The notes: a model not told the origin generated them from the letters alone. 46,442 nt of DNA from an uncultured bacterium (GCA_965371015.1 CBDUWU010000002.1:1-46442); one strand, 5' to 3'; positions 8,633 through 17,678 are shown, counted from the first letter of the stretch. Translations and numbers: made by a program.

Positions 8633-8687
8633 GCCTAGAATGGGTTTTCTTCAAGGCATTTACATTGACGGAACCCGTTAGCGGATA

Positions 8688-10154
8688 ATGATGTCGCACA
8701 CAGCAGACCCGCCCCACCCCCGCACCCGCCCCCACGCTCACGACACCGGCTTTGTGGCCGGCCGCGAGGTTTTTTTTACGTTCGAAGGCAGAAAACTCGC
8801 GGCCCTCGAAGGCGAATCGATTGCCAAAGCATTGTTTTGTAATGGGATACGCGTTTTTTCGTACAGTATCAAATACGGCCGTCCACGCGGCATCCACTGC
8901 GGGCGCGGCCGGTGCATCATGTGCCACGTCGAGGTCGACGGGGTCACAGGTGTGGAGTCTTGTATCACCCCCCTGGCCGCGGGGATGCGCATCCGCCGCC
9001 AGCAGTACAAACCGTTCTACGGCTCGTTTCTCACCTGGGTAATGCGCAGGGTTCCGTTTCCGGCGGGATTCTATTACCGGATGTTTACCCGGCCGCGGCT
9101 GATCCGGGAGGCGTTCATTGCGACGGTCCGCCGCGTCGCCGGTGCGGGTCGGATCGACGCGGGTCCGCAGGCACCGAGAGACCTGTCTGTGCCGCCTGCC
9201 ATCCTGTCACGGATCGCCGACGCTTATGACGTCGTCGTCGTCGGGGCCGGCGTTTCGGGGATGACGGCGGCGCTGGCTGCCTCGGACGCCGGAGCCGGTG
9301 TGCTGCTCGTCGACGAATACGGCGCGCCCGGCGGACACATGATCGGCCGTGTGGCCGACTCCGGGCTGGAGACCGCGCGGGACGACTTGATCCGGCGCAC
9401 CGCCGCCGCAGGTTTCGAATCGGCTGCGGGATTGACTGCGCAGGGCTATTACGAACCCGGCAGGTTGCTCGTCGGCCGCGAATCAAAAGGCAACAAAGGT
9501 GGCGCGGGAATGAAATCGATCGCCGCCGGTGCTTTCGTCTTTGCCACCGGCGCGCAGGACCTGATCCCGCTGTTCGAAAACAACGATCTCCCCGGCATAT
9601 TCGGAGCCCGCGGCCTGAGACTGTTCGTCGAACGCGACGACCTCGTCCCCGGCCGGAAAGCCGTCGTGTACGCCGATGGCCCCGGCGTGGCGGATACCGT
9701 CGCCATGTTGTCATCTCGCGGCGTCGAGATCGAAGCGGTGGTCAGTCCCGGCGCCGACCGACCCGCGGGCATTCCCGCCGGTTTCCGGTTCGTCGGCGGC
9801 GCGAGGCTGGTTCGAGCCGAAGGCCGCGAGTGGATAGACCGGGCGGTATTCAAAATCAGCGGCGGTGACCGCGTCACCCTGCCATGCGACCTGTTGTGCG
9901 TCGCGGGGCCGGGCCAGCCGTCATTCGAACTCGCCCAGCACGCCGGATTTCGCTTCGAGCTGCGGACGCCGGGCGTCCCCGCCGTCCCGGGCGACGACAC
10001 CGCGTCGAAGGTGATGATGCCGGTGTCCGACCTGATCGACGACGACGATGGACCGCGCCGATACCTCGTCGGGGAAGCGTCGGGCCGATTCGACTGGAAA
10101 ACAAAAATCGAACACGCGGCCGCCGCCGGAGCGGCCGCCGCAGGCAGGGAGTGA
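8688..10154 (+). CDS. oxidoreductase large subunit: N-terminal 2Fe-2S (Fer2_4-like) domain plus FAD/NAD(P)-binding domain (SoxA / HcnB / OoxA / proline-dehydrogenase alpha-like)
   Basis: Cys cluster CGRGRCIMCHVEVDG...SC near the N-terminus. Rossmann motif YDVVVVGAGVSGMTAALAAS. The exact start (8688 or 8691) is uncertain. Confidence 0.8.
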   Translation: MMSHTADPPHPRTRPHAHDTGFVAGREVFFTFEGRKLAALEGESIAKALFCNGIRVFSYSIKYGRPRGIHCGRGRCIMCHVEVDGVTGVESCITPLAAGMRIRRQQYKPFYGSFLTWVMRRVPFPAGFYYRMFTRPRLIREAFIATVRRVAGAGRIDAGPQAPRDLSVPPAILSRIADAYDVVVVGAGVSGMTAALAASDAGAGVLLVDEYGAPGGHMIGRVADSGLETARDDLIRRTAAAGFESAAGLTAQGYYEPGRLLVGRESKGNKGGAGMKSIAAGAFVFATGAQDLIPLFENNDLPGIFGARGLRLFVERDDLVPGRKAVVYADGPGVADTVAMLSSRGVEIEAVVSPGADRPAGIPAGFRFVGGARLVRAEGREWIDRAVFKISGGDRVTLPCDLLCVAGPGQPSFELAQHAGFRFELRTPGVPAVPGDDTASKVMMPVSDLIDDDDGPRRYLVGEASGRFDWKTKIEHAAAAGAAAAGRE

Positions 10155-10157
10155 CCC

Positions 10158-10505
10158 GTGGGCAAGACGATCGTATGCCACTGCGAAGACATCTCGCTGG
10201 AAGACTTCTACTCGGCGCTCGAGCAGGGTTACAACGAGATCGAGTCGATCAAGCGGTTCACCGGAATCGGCACGGGCAAGTGCCAGGGCAAGTGCTGTCT
10301 CATCCAGACACTCCGCGAACTGGACAGTCCCGGCGGACGAATGGCGGTGACCGGCGGAACGGGAGCCGGCCCGGGATCTCCCATGACCCCTCCGACGACC
10401 GCCGAGCTGGACGCGAAAATCCACCTCCCCACCATCCGGCAGCCGGTGGTCCCGTTGAGGATCGACGACATTATCGAAGCCAAAGAAGGAGAAGACTCGC
10501 CGTGA
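10158..10505 (+). CDS. small BFD-like [2Fe-2S]-binding protein
   Basis: GTG start 8 nt after AGGGAG. VGKTIVCHCEDISLEDF...GIGTGKCQGKCC shows the CxC...CxxxC pattern of Fer2_BFD. Confidence 0.75.
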   Translation: MGKTIVCHCEDISLEDFYSALEQGYNEIESIKRFTGIGTGKCQGKCCLIQTLRELDSPGGRMAVTGGTGAGPGSPMTPPTTAELDAKIHLPTIRQPVVPLRIDDIIEAKEGEDSP

Positions 10506-12208
10506 CCGCGTTACCCGAACTCTGGCGCCGGGGCACCGGCCTGCTGGCGATCGTCGCCACCCTGTCGGCGCTTTCGGCAATTACGTGCACTCAGAGTGAT
10601 CACTCACCGCCGCCACCGCGCCTCGTCGTCGTGATCGTCGTCGACCAGATGTGCCACCACCACGTCGACCGTTTCCGCGACCTGTACTCGGGCGGTTTCG
10701 ACCGATTGCTCTCCGGCGGTGCCGTCTTCACCAACGCATGGCACGACCACGCCAGGACGCACACTTCTCCGGGACACGCCAGTATTGCTACCGGTTTCCA
10801 TCCCGGGCGCCACGGCATCGTCGCGAATTCGTGGTACGACCGCACGAACGAGTTCGCCGTCACCTATTCGGCCCGTGACGAAGAAGCCCACCTGGTTGGT
10901 CACCCCGATCGCGCCGGCGCGTCGCCGCGGCAACTGCTCCGTGACGCACTGGGAGACCGACTCAAGGAGCAGTCGGCGGACAGCCGGGTGTTCTCCGTCG
11001 CCCTCAAAGACTACGCCTCGGTGCTGATGGGCGGACGCCGGCCCGACGCGGCGTACTGGTACGACGCCGAGACCGGCACTTACTGTTCCTCGACCTGGTA
11101 CATGGACCGGTACCCGGCGTGGGTCGAGGCATTCAACGCCGTCCGGCCGGCGGACGCCTACCGCGGCGCGGTCTGGACGAGGTCGCTGCCCGCGGCCGCC
11201 TACGAACGTTCCCGCCCCGACGAGTTCGAGGCCGAATCCGACGGTGAACACACGACGTTCCCCTATCCCGTCGAAACCACCGCCGGAAACCTGGAAGAAA
11301 ATTTTTATGGTTTCCTGCGCAGCACACCGTTTGCCGACGAACTGACGCTTCGCTTTGCCGCCGGAATCGTCGTCGAAGAAGACCTCGGGATGGATGACGT
11401 CCCCGACGTGTTATTCGTGGGCTGCTCGGCGGCGGATTTTATCGGGCACACGTGGGGACCCTACAGCCAGGAGGTCGAGGACTATTACCTCCGGCTCGAC
11501 GGCTATCTCGCGACGTTCTTCGATATCCTGGACGATCGGGTCGGACCCGGCCGCTACGTGGTGGCGCTGACGTCCGATCACGGCGTCGATCCGCTCCCCG
11601 AGGAACTCGCCGGAAAATTCGAAGGAGCCGAACGAATCAACCGCGGCCGTTATTACGAAGACCTCGACCGCGTGGCGGAAAATCTCGCGCGCGAATACGG
11701 GTTCAGAACTCCCCTCATCGCCCACCGTAGCCGCGGCCTCGTTCTCGACCCCGCCGCGCCGTCCGAGTTGCGCGACCGCCTTGCGGCGGAGATCCGGAAG
11801 TTCCCCTACGTCGAGGACGTCTTCACGTACAACGAACTCGATGAGGGCAATATTTCGGTTACCGGCGATACCCGTCCGAGACGCTGGAACTTCTACCGGT
11901 TGTACCGGAACGGATTTCATCCCGACCGGTCCCCCGACCTCTACGTCACGTTCAGGGAACATCGCCTGTTGACGGGCGGATCGACAGGGACGACGCACGG
12001 ATCACCGCACCCGTACGACCGCCGGGTACCTCTGGTCTTCCTGGGCCCGGGCGTGGCGGGCGGCGTCTACGACGGCGAGGTACACACGATCGACGTGGCC
12101 CCGACGCTGGAGCTCATGCTGGGCATCCCTGTGCGGGAGCCGGACGGCGCGGTCGACGGACGGGTACTCGGGCAGGCGCTGACCGGTAGCGCGAGAAGGG
12201 ACGACTGA
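10502..12208 (+). CDS. exported alkaline-phosphatase-superfamily enzyme, nucleotide pyrophosphatase/phosphodiesterase (NPP) type
   Basis: GTG start overlaps the upstream stop (GTGA). N-terminus VTALPELWRRGTGLLAIVATLSALSAITC looks like a signal or lipoprotein peptide. Metal and nucleophile motifs VVIVVDQ and ARTHTSPGHASIATG are present, plus TSDHG. The ORF-track start at 9884 is rejected. Confidence 0.8.
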   Translation: MTALPELWRRGTGLLAIVATLSALSAITCTQSDHSPPPPRLVVVIVVDQMCHHHVDRFRDLYSGGFDRLLSGGAVFTNAWHDHARTHTSPGHASIATGFHPGRHGIVANSWYDRTNEFAVTYSARDEEAHLVGHPDRAGASPRQLLRDALGDRLKEQSADSRVFSVALKDYASVLMGGRRPDAAYWYDAETGTYCSSTWYMDRYPAWVEAFNAVRPADAYRGAVWTRSLPAAAYERSRPDEFEAESDGEHTTFPYPVETTAGNLEENFYGFLRSTPFADELTLRFAAGIVVEEDLGMDDVPDVLFVGCSAADFIGHTWGPYSQEVEDYYLRLDGYLATFFDILDDRVGPGRYVVALTSDHGVDPLPEELAGKFEGAERINRGRYYEDLDRVAENLAREYGFRTPLIAHRSRGLVLDPAAPSELRDRLAAEIRKFPYVEDVFTYNELDEGNISVTGDTRPRRWNFYRLYRNGFHPDRSPDLYVTFREHRLLTGGSTGTTHGSPHPYDRRVPLVFLGPGVAGGVYDGEVHTIDVAPTLELMLGIPVREPDGAVDGRVLGQALTGSARRDD

Positions 12209-12214
12209 CGCGCG

Positions 12215-13363
12215 ATGGCGGCGAAGACGGCGGACATCATCATCATCGGCGGCGGCGTCAACGGAGTCGCGACGGCGTACAACCTGGCCCGCATGGGCAT
12301 GCGGAACGTCGTTGTGCTGGAAAAAGGATACCCCGGGTGCGGCGCTACCGGACGGTGCGGAGGCGGCATTCGTCAGCAGTGGGGACTGGCGGAAAACGTC
12401 GTCCTCGCCCGCGAAAGCGTAAAAAAGTTCGAGAACCTCTCGGCCGAACTGGGCTTCAACATCTTCTTCCGTCAGGGCGGATATTTGATGCTCGTCTATG
12501 ACGAGCGCGAGCGCGAACTCGTCAACACGACGATCCCGATGCACAACTCGCTCGGCGTTCCCACGCGGTATCTCTCACCCGATGATATCGCCGCTTTTAT
12601 TCCCGGGCTCAACCTCGACGGTGTGATCGGAGGCGCGTTCTGCTCGACCGACGGTACGGCCTATCCGTACGCGGTCCTGTGGGGCTACGCGGAAGCGGCG
12701 CGGCGGCTGGGTGCCGCGATCTACAACTACGCCGAAGCCCGGACGGTCACCAGGCCGGGTGGCGGCGTATTCCGCGTAGAAACTCCCGGCGGCGTGTTCG
12801 AGGCGCCGCGACTGGTCAACGTCGCCGGCGCGCGGACCCGTGATATCGCCGCGCAACTCGGCATCGAGATACCGACCCGGCCGTTCCGGCACGAGATCGC
12901 CGTTACCGAACCGCTCGTTTCGTTCCTCGAGCCAATGATAATCTCGCCCAAGAAGGGATTCTACTTTTCGCAGAGCATGCGCGGCGAAATCGTCGGCGGG
13001 ATCAGCGGCAACGACGAACCCTCTTCTTACACGGTGAAGTCTTCCCCGGAATTCCTCTTCAAGTACGCCGCCGCGCTGCGCGAAGTCTTTCCCGGCATGG
13101 GAAGCGCACGCGTCATCCGCCAGTGGGCGGGTTCGTATGACATGTCGCCCGACCACCGGCCCATCGTCGGGACGGTGAGCGGGGTCGACGGCTATTTCCA
13201 CGCGTGCGGTTTCAGCGGCCACGGGTTCATGCTCTCACCGATCGTATCCCAGCTGCTCGCCGAGCTCATCACCACCGGAGAGACGAGCCTGCCCATCGAC
13301 TCCCTCAGCCTGAGCCGGTTCGAGTCGGGCGACCTCACCCACGACCCGTACGTCGTCGGCTGA
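12215..13363 (+). CDS. FAD-dependent oxidoreductase, sarcosine oxidase beta (SoxB) / DAO family
   Basis: ADIIIIGGGVNGVATAYNLA dinucleotide fold, GGGIRQQW, and C-terminal HACGFSGHGFMLSP. 382 aa. Confidence 0.9.
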   Translation: MAAKTADIIIIGGGVNGVATAYNLARMGMRNVVVLEKGYPGCGATGRCGGGIRQQWGLAENVVLARESVKKFENLSAELGFNIFFRQGGYLMLVYDERERELVNTTIPMHNSLGVPTRYLSPDDIAAFIPGLNLDGVIGGAFCSTDGTAYPYAVLWGYAEAARRLGAAIYNYAEARTVTRPGGGVFRVETPGGVFEAPRLVNVAGARTRDIAAQLGIEIPTRPFRHEIAVTEPLVSFLEPMIISPKKGFYFSQSMRGEIVGGISGNDEPSSYTVKSSPEFLFKYAAALREVFPGMGSARVIRQWAGSYDMSPDHRPIVGTVSGVDGYFHACGFSGHGFMLSPIVSQLLAELITTGETSLPIDSLSLSRFESGDLTHDPYVVG

Positions 13364-13391
13364 ACACGCTATTACCCTCCAATAACTGTAA

Positions 13392-13421
13392 TTGACACGT
13401 TTTCCGCACCCGCGATATTCT
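13392..13421 (+). promoter_or_regulatory. sigma70-type promoter candidate for the sensor gene (TTGACA-18-TATTCT)
   Basis: TTGACA at 13392-13397 is the 'TTG start' of the ORF-track model. TATTCT lies at 13416-13421. Confidence 0.4.
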
Positions 13422-13481
13422 GCAGCCGAACGGGGAACAATTGCCAGAAACCGTCATCCCGACTGTGGACAAGAAGATCTC

Positions 13482-15560
13482 TTGAAACTGACACTCTCCA
13501 ATACCGGCAACAGCGAAGACGGTAGCGACCTGCTGTCCAACCGCGCGTCCAACCAAAGCGCGAAGACAGCCCTGCTGTTCGCCTCGGGTGCGCTGCTATA
13601 CTGGGCCGCCATTACTCTGGTTCCATACTTTTCCGGCCTCAATGCGATGAGACTGTCGCCGTTCTTCGTCGGCGCGGCGGGTTACTTCCTCGGATTCCGC
13701 GCCGGCGCGCTCGCCAGCGTCGCCGCCGTCGTCGTCCACACCGTCTTGTTCAACGGGCTCGGTTACCACGGCCCATTCGCCGCTTTCCAGGTGAATCCGG
13801 CCCTGCACGCCGGCATCCTCCTGCTCGGACCGATGGCGGGGCGTCTGCGTAGTGTCTTGAGGCGTCTGCAGATCGAGTCACAGATCCGGCAGGCCGCCGC
13901 CGGGAGTCACGAAGCACTGTGGATCGTAACGGCGGATCGGTCGCGGGTACTATACGTCAACCCGGCTTTCGACGACGTATTCGGGATCCCCACCGATTAC
14001 ATCCTCGAGAACCCCGGGGCGATGCAGGATGTCGTCCATCCCGACGACCGGCCGGTTGTTGAAGAATCGTTGGCGTCGGTGCCGGAAGAAGGGCGCCGTT
14101 TCGAGTACCGCATCGTTCGTTTCGACGGCGCCGTTCGCTGGATCGAAACCACGATATCCCGGGTCAAGGGCAACAAGGGCGGGATAGTTGGTGTTTCGAG
14201 GGACGTTACCACGCGGAAGTACAGCGCCACGGAACAGTCGGGACGCAACCGCGTTCTCGAGAAACTCGCGACCGGCGCCTCGCTGCTCGACGCACTCACG
14301 ACTCTGGCGATATCAATAGAAGAAACGGTCCCGGACTCGATCTGCTCGATCACGCTGGTCGACAACGAAACAGGACGCGTGTACTCCGGGGCGTTCCCGG
14401 GCCTTCCCGAGGGCTTCGTCGAATTGTCCGACGGGCTCGAACCCGCGTCCAACGTCAGCTGCGCCGGCCACGTCATCGAGACGGGCGACCGGCTCCTCGT
14501 CGCCAATTTCGGGGAGAGCAACTTCGACGAGCGGTACATCGAACAGGCAGCGGCGGCGGGCATTCACGCCTGCTGGTCCGAGCCCATCCGTTCTCCCCAG
14601 GGCGGGATCCTGGGTGCGTTGACCCTGTACATAAAAAAACCCGTGGCACCGACGGAGCGCGACGGCGACCTGCTTGCATCGGCGGCAATCATCGCCGCCA
14701 TCGCGATCGAGCAGAAGCAGTCGGAGGTGGCGTTGAAGGAGACCGGGGAGCGGCTGCACGCGTTCGTCCGACACAGCCCGGCGGCCATCGCCATGCTCGA
14801 CGCCGAAATGCGCTACCTCGTCGCGAGCGAGCGGTGGCGCACCCTGCACAGTCTGGCGAACGAAGACATCCTCGGGCGCAGCCACTATCAGGCTATTCCC
14901 GGGTTGCCCGACCGGTGGAAACGAGTCTACGCACGCTGCCTCGGCGGCGCCGTCGAGACGTGCGACGGCGAGTCCATCGCCAGACCCGACGGATCCGTCG
15001 TCTCGATGAAGTGGGAGGTACGTCCCTGGAGGCGAAGCGACGGCGAGATCGGCGGCATCATGATCTTCAACGAGATCCTGGCCGCCGCGGCCGACGACCG
15101 CAAGCCGACAGCGCCGCCGGTGGAACCGGCCGCCGAATCGTCACAGGGTTTCAAGACGGTGGTCGTCGCCACGGACGAACAGTCCATCCGGGACACGGTC
15201 TGCGAGTTCCTGCGGGAAAAGGGATGCCGCGTGCTGAGGGCCGGGGAGGGCGAAGAGGCGATTGCGCTCGCGGGCGCCGGGGAGGAGGACATCGACCTGT
15301 TGATCACCGACCTGGTCATGCCCCGCATGAACGGCCGCGACCTCGCCGCCGAATTACGCAAGACGAACCCGCGGCTGAAAGTCCTCTATATATCGGGGTA
15401 TATCGGAAAGGCCAGCGTGCGAATCGCGGAGTTGGGACCGGGAACCAGCTTTCTTTCCAAACCGTTCTCCCCTGAATCGCTGGCCCGAAAGGTCCGGCTG
15501 CTGCTCGACACCGCGCCGTCCGAAGCGGTCCAACCCACCATCGACTACCACGCAATCTGA
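13482..15560 (+). CDS. membrane-anchored PAS-GAF-PAS-receiver (REC) signalling protein without a recognisable kinase or output domain
   Basis: Start is uncertain: TTG 13482 is preferred, with TTG 13392 and ATG 13647 as alternatives. About 4 TM helices, then PAS (LWIVTADRSRVLYVNPAFDDVFG...), GAF (SITLVDNETGRVYSG...ILGALTLY) and PAS (AIAMLDAEMRYLVASERW...). REC follows (DLLITDLVMPRMNG...LSKPF). Confidence 0.8.
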   Translation: MKLTLSNTGNSEDGSDLLSNRASNQSAKTALLFASGALLYWAAITLVPYFSGLNAMRLSPFFVGAAGYFLGFRAGALASVAAVVVHTVLFNGLGYHGPFAAFQVNPALHAGILLLGPMAGRLRSVLRRLQIESQIRQAAAGSHEALWIVTADRSRVLYVNPAFDDVFGIPTDYILENPGAMQDVVHPDDRPVVEESLASVPEEGRRFEYRIVRFDGAVRWIETTISRVKGNKGGIVGVSRDVTTRKYSATEQSGRNRVLEKLATGASLLDALTTLAISIEETVPDSICSITLVDNETGRVYSGAFPGLPEGFVELSDGLEPASNVSCAGHVIETGDRLLVANFGESNFDERYIEQAAAAGIHACWSEPIRSPQGGILGALTLYIKKPVAPTERDGDLLASAAIIAAIAIEQKQSEVALKETGERLHAFVRHSPAAIAMLDAEMRYLVASERWRTLHSLANEDILGRSHYQAIPGLPDRWKRVYARCLGGAVETCDGESIARPDGSVVSMKWEVRPWRRSDGEIGGIMIFNEILAAAADDRKPTAPPVEPAAESSQGFKTVVVATDEQSIRDTVCEFLREKGCRVLRAGEGEEAIALAGAGEEDIDLLITDLVMPRMNGRDLAAELRKTNPRLKVLYISGYIGKASVRIAELGPGTSFLSKPFSPESLARKVRLLLDTAPSEAVQPTIDYHAI

Positions 15561-15563
15561 CGG

Positions 15564-17678
15564 CTAGTGCTCGTCTCCGCGGACGAGGATCCTGGCGTCG
15601 ACGACGCGGCACTCGTCCCGCTCGGGCCGCACGATCACGGGGTTCATGTCGAGTTCGGCGATCAACTCGGTGTCCGTCACCAACTGCGCGAGCCGCTGGA
15701 TGGACTCCACGATGAACTCGATGTCCACGCGGACCTCTCCGCGCACCCCTTCGAGCAGCGGGAACGACTTGATCTCGTGGACCATCTCCTGCGCGTCGAC
15801 GTCGGTCACCGGCAGCACGCGAAAAACGATATCACGCACGATCTCCACGTACTTGCCGCCCATACCGAACATCAACAGCGGGCCGAACTTCGGGTCCTGG
15901 GTAACCCCGAGGATCACTTCCTTGCCCGGGAGGGCCATTTCCTGTACGACAAATCCCTCAACCTGCTGGAACATGCCCGACGAGCCGACGTTGGCCTCGA
16001 TGCGCTGGCGCGCCTCGACCAGGTCGTCCTCGTCCTCGATGCCGACTTCGACACCGCCGATGTCCGACTTGTGTACGATCGCTTCCCCATCGACCTTCAA
16101 TACCAGCGGATACCCCACTTTTTTCGCCACCGACACCAGGTCGCCGCCGAGCGGGACCACCGTTTGCCGGCAGACGGGAAAACCGTACGCGCTCAACACC
16201 GTGTGAACTTCGTCGGGAGCGAGATAACCGCCGCCGTTCTTGTGCTTTTTCTCCAGCACGTCGAGAGCGGCTTTCTTTTTGACCTTGAACGTCCGGACAT
16301 TTCCGGCCGGAATCGTCCGCCATTTGCAGTACCGGACCATCGCCGCGGCGACCTCCGTCGCCGCTTCGGGAAACCGGTAGTACGGCACCACGTCCGCTAC
16401 CTTGTCGGGGATGACGTCGTAATACGACTCTTCCGCCATGACCACGGCGAGGACCGGCTTGTCGTGGTTGCGGCTCACCTCGGTGATTTTCTGGACGACG
16501 TCGAGGGGTTCGATCATCAGTGGCGGTACGAAAATCGGGATAGCGATGTCGACGCCGGGGTCAGAGAGTACGATTTCGAGGCATTCCGCGTATTCCCTCG
16601 AACCCGCGCCGGAAATCATGTCGATGGGATTGTGTACGCTCGCTTCGGCGGGGAGCAGCGCCGTCAGGCTCGCTTCTGTATCTTCGCTCAGCTCGGCAAT
16701 TTTTAACCCGTGCGACTCCACGCTATCGGCCGCCATGATCGCGGGGCCGCCGGCGTTGGTCACGATGGCGACCCTGTCGCCCCTGGGCAGCGGAGAGCGT
16801 CCGAACGCCGCCACTACATTAATTAGGTTTTCGATGGAAGACACGCGGATCACACCGCACTGGCGCAGCAGGGCGGCGGCGGCCACCTCGAGTCCCGCCA
16901 GGGATCCGGTGTGCGAACTCGCCGCCCGGGCTCCGGCCGCCGAAGTGCCGGACTTCACCGTGACGATCGGCTTTTTCTTCGAAATCCGCTTTGACAGTTC
17001 GGTGAACCGCATGGGGTCGTCGAACGACTCGAGGTAGAGGCCGATGACGCCGGTGTGCTCGTCGTTCTCCCAGTATTCGAGCAGGTCGACGGCCGACACG
17101 TCGGCCTTGTTACCCACACTGGCAAAGTAGGAAAACCCGAGGTTGAGCTTGTGCGCCGCCAGTATGATCGCCACCCCCAACGCGCCGCTCTGGGTCATGA
17201 ATGCGAGATTGCCCTGTTTGGGAGTGCTCGGCGAAAAGGTGGCGTTCATGTGCACTTCCGGCGTGGCCGCAATCACTCCCATGCAGTTGGGGCCGATGAT
17301 GCGCATGCCGTATTTTTTGGCGATCTCGACGAGCTCGCGTTCGCGCACGATACCCTCACCGCCGACTTCCTTGAACCCGGCGCTGATAATGACCATCCCC
17401 TTGATTCCCTTGCGGCCGCAGTCTTCCGCCGCCATCAGCACGTGTTCCTTGGGTACGACGATGACGGCGAGGTCGACGGGGTCGGGAATACTCAACACCG
17501 TGGGATAACACTTGGTGCTGTGTATGTACTGGTAGCGGGGATTGACCGGGAATATCGTTCCGTTGAATTCGAAGTTGAACAGGTTGCGGATGATCTCCCT
17601 GCCGATACTGCCACGGCGGGTGGTAGCGCCGATAATGGCGATTGATTTCGGTTTGAAAATAGCGTCCAACGATTGCAC
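15564..17678 (-). CDS. ADP-forming acetyl/acyl-CoA synthetase (fused alpha-beta, NDP-forming acyl-CoA ligase family)
   Basis: Start moved to GTG 17678, 8 nt after GGAGGA. VQSLDAIFKPKSIAIIGATTRRGSIGREI is the CoA-binding domain. Also has GPNCMGV, a succinyl-CoA-ligase-like domain and a C-terminal ATP-grasp. No GNAT domain. Confidence 0.9.
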   Translation of the reverse strand: MQSLDAIFKPKSIAIIGATTRRGSIGREIIRNLFNFEFNGTIFPVNPRYQYIHSTKCYPTVLSIPDPVDLAVIVVPKEHVLMAAEDCGRKGIKGMVIISAGFKEVGGEGIVRERELVEIAKKYGMRIIGPNCMGVIAATPEVHMNATFSPSTPKQGNLAFMTQSGALGVAIILAAHKLNLGFSYFASVGNKADVSAVDLLEYWENDEHTGVIGLYLESFDDPMRFTELSKRISKKKPIVTVKSGTSAAGARAASSHTGSLAGLEVAAAALLRQCGVIRVSSIENLINVVAAFGRSPLPRGDRVAIVTNAGGPAIMAADSVESHGLKIAELSEDTEASLTALLPAEASVHNPIDMISGAGSREYAECLEIVLSDPGVDIAIPIFVPPLMIEPLDVVQKITEVSRNHDKPVLAVVMAEESYYDVIPDKVADVVPYYRFPEAATEVAAAMVRYCKWRTIPAGNVRTFKVKKKAALDVLEKKHKNGGGYLAPDEVHTVLSAYGFPVCRQTVVPLGGDLVSVAKKVGYPLVLKVDGEAIVHKSDIGGVEVGIEDEDDLVEARQRIEANVGSSGMFQQVEGFVVQEMALPGKEVILGVTQDPKFGPLLMFGMGGKYVEIVRDIVFRVLPVTDVDAQEMVHEIKSFPLLEGVRGEVRVDIEFIVESIQRLAQLVTDTELIAELDMNPVIVRPERDECRVVDARILVRGDEH

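Noticed and set aside
9884-10501. N-terminal 206-aa extension of the phosphodiesterase ORF (track start 9884)
   Set aside because: It overlaps the end of the large oxidoreductase subunit and the whole BFD-like gene in another frame and is Arg-rich. An in-frame GTG at 10502 (GTGA overlap) is followed directly by a signal peptide. The same logic applies to the extensions at 33033-33632 (thiE), 34100-34282 (thiD), 39964-40644 (metallophosphoesterase), 44695-45024 (PPDK_N-NTase), 22764-23171 (GT2), 22060-22572 (DUF547), 20356-20547 (PQQ dehydrogenase) and 30646-30771 (POP).
13392-13394. TTG start codons proposed by the ORF track at 13392 and 36029
   Set aside because: Both TTGs are the first three bases of perfect TTGACA hexamers followed 18 nt later by TAnnnT-like boxes. 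They are more likely -35 elements than initiation codons. Downstream starts with better context were chosen.
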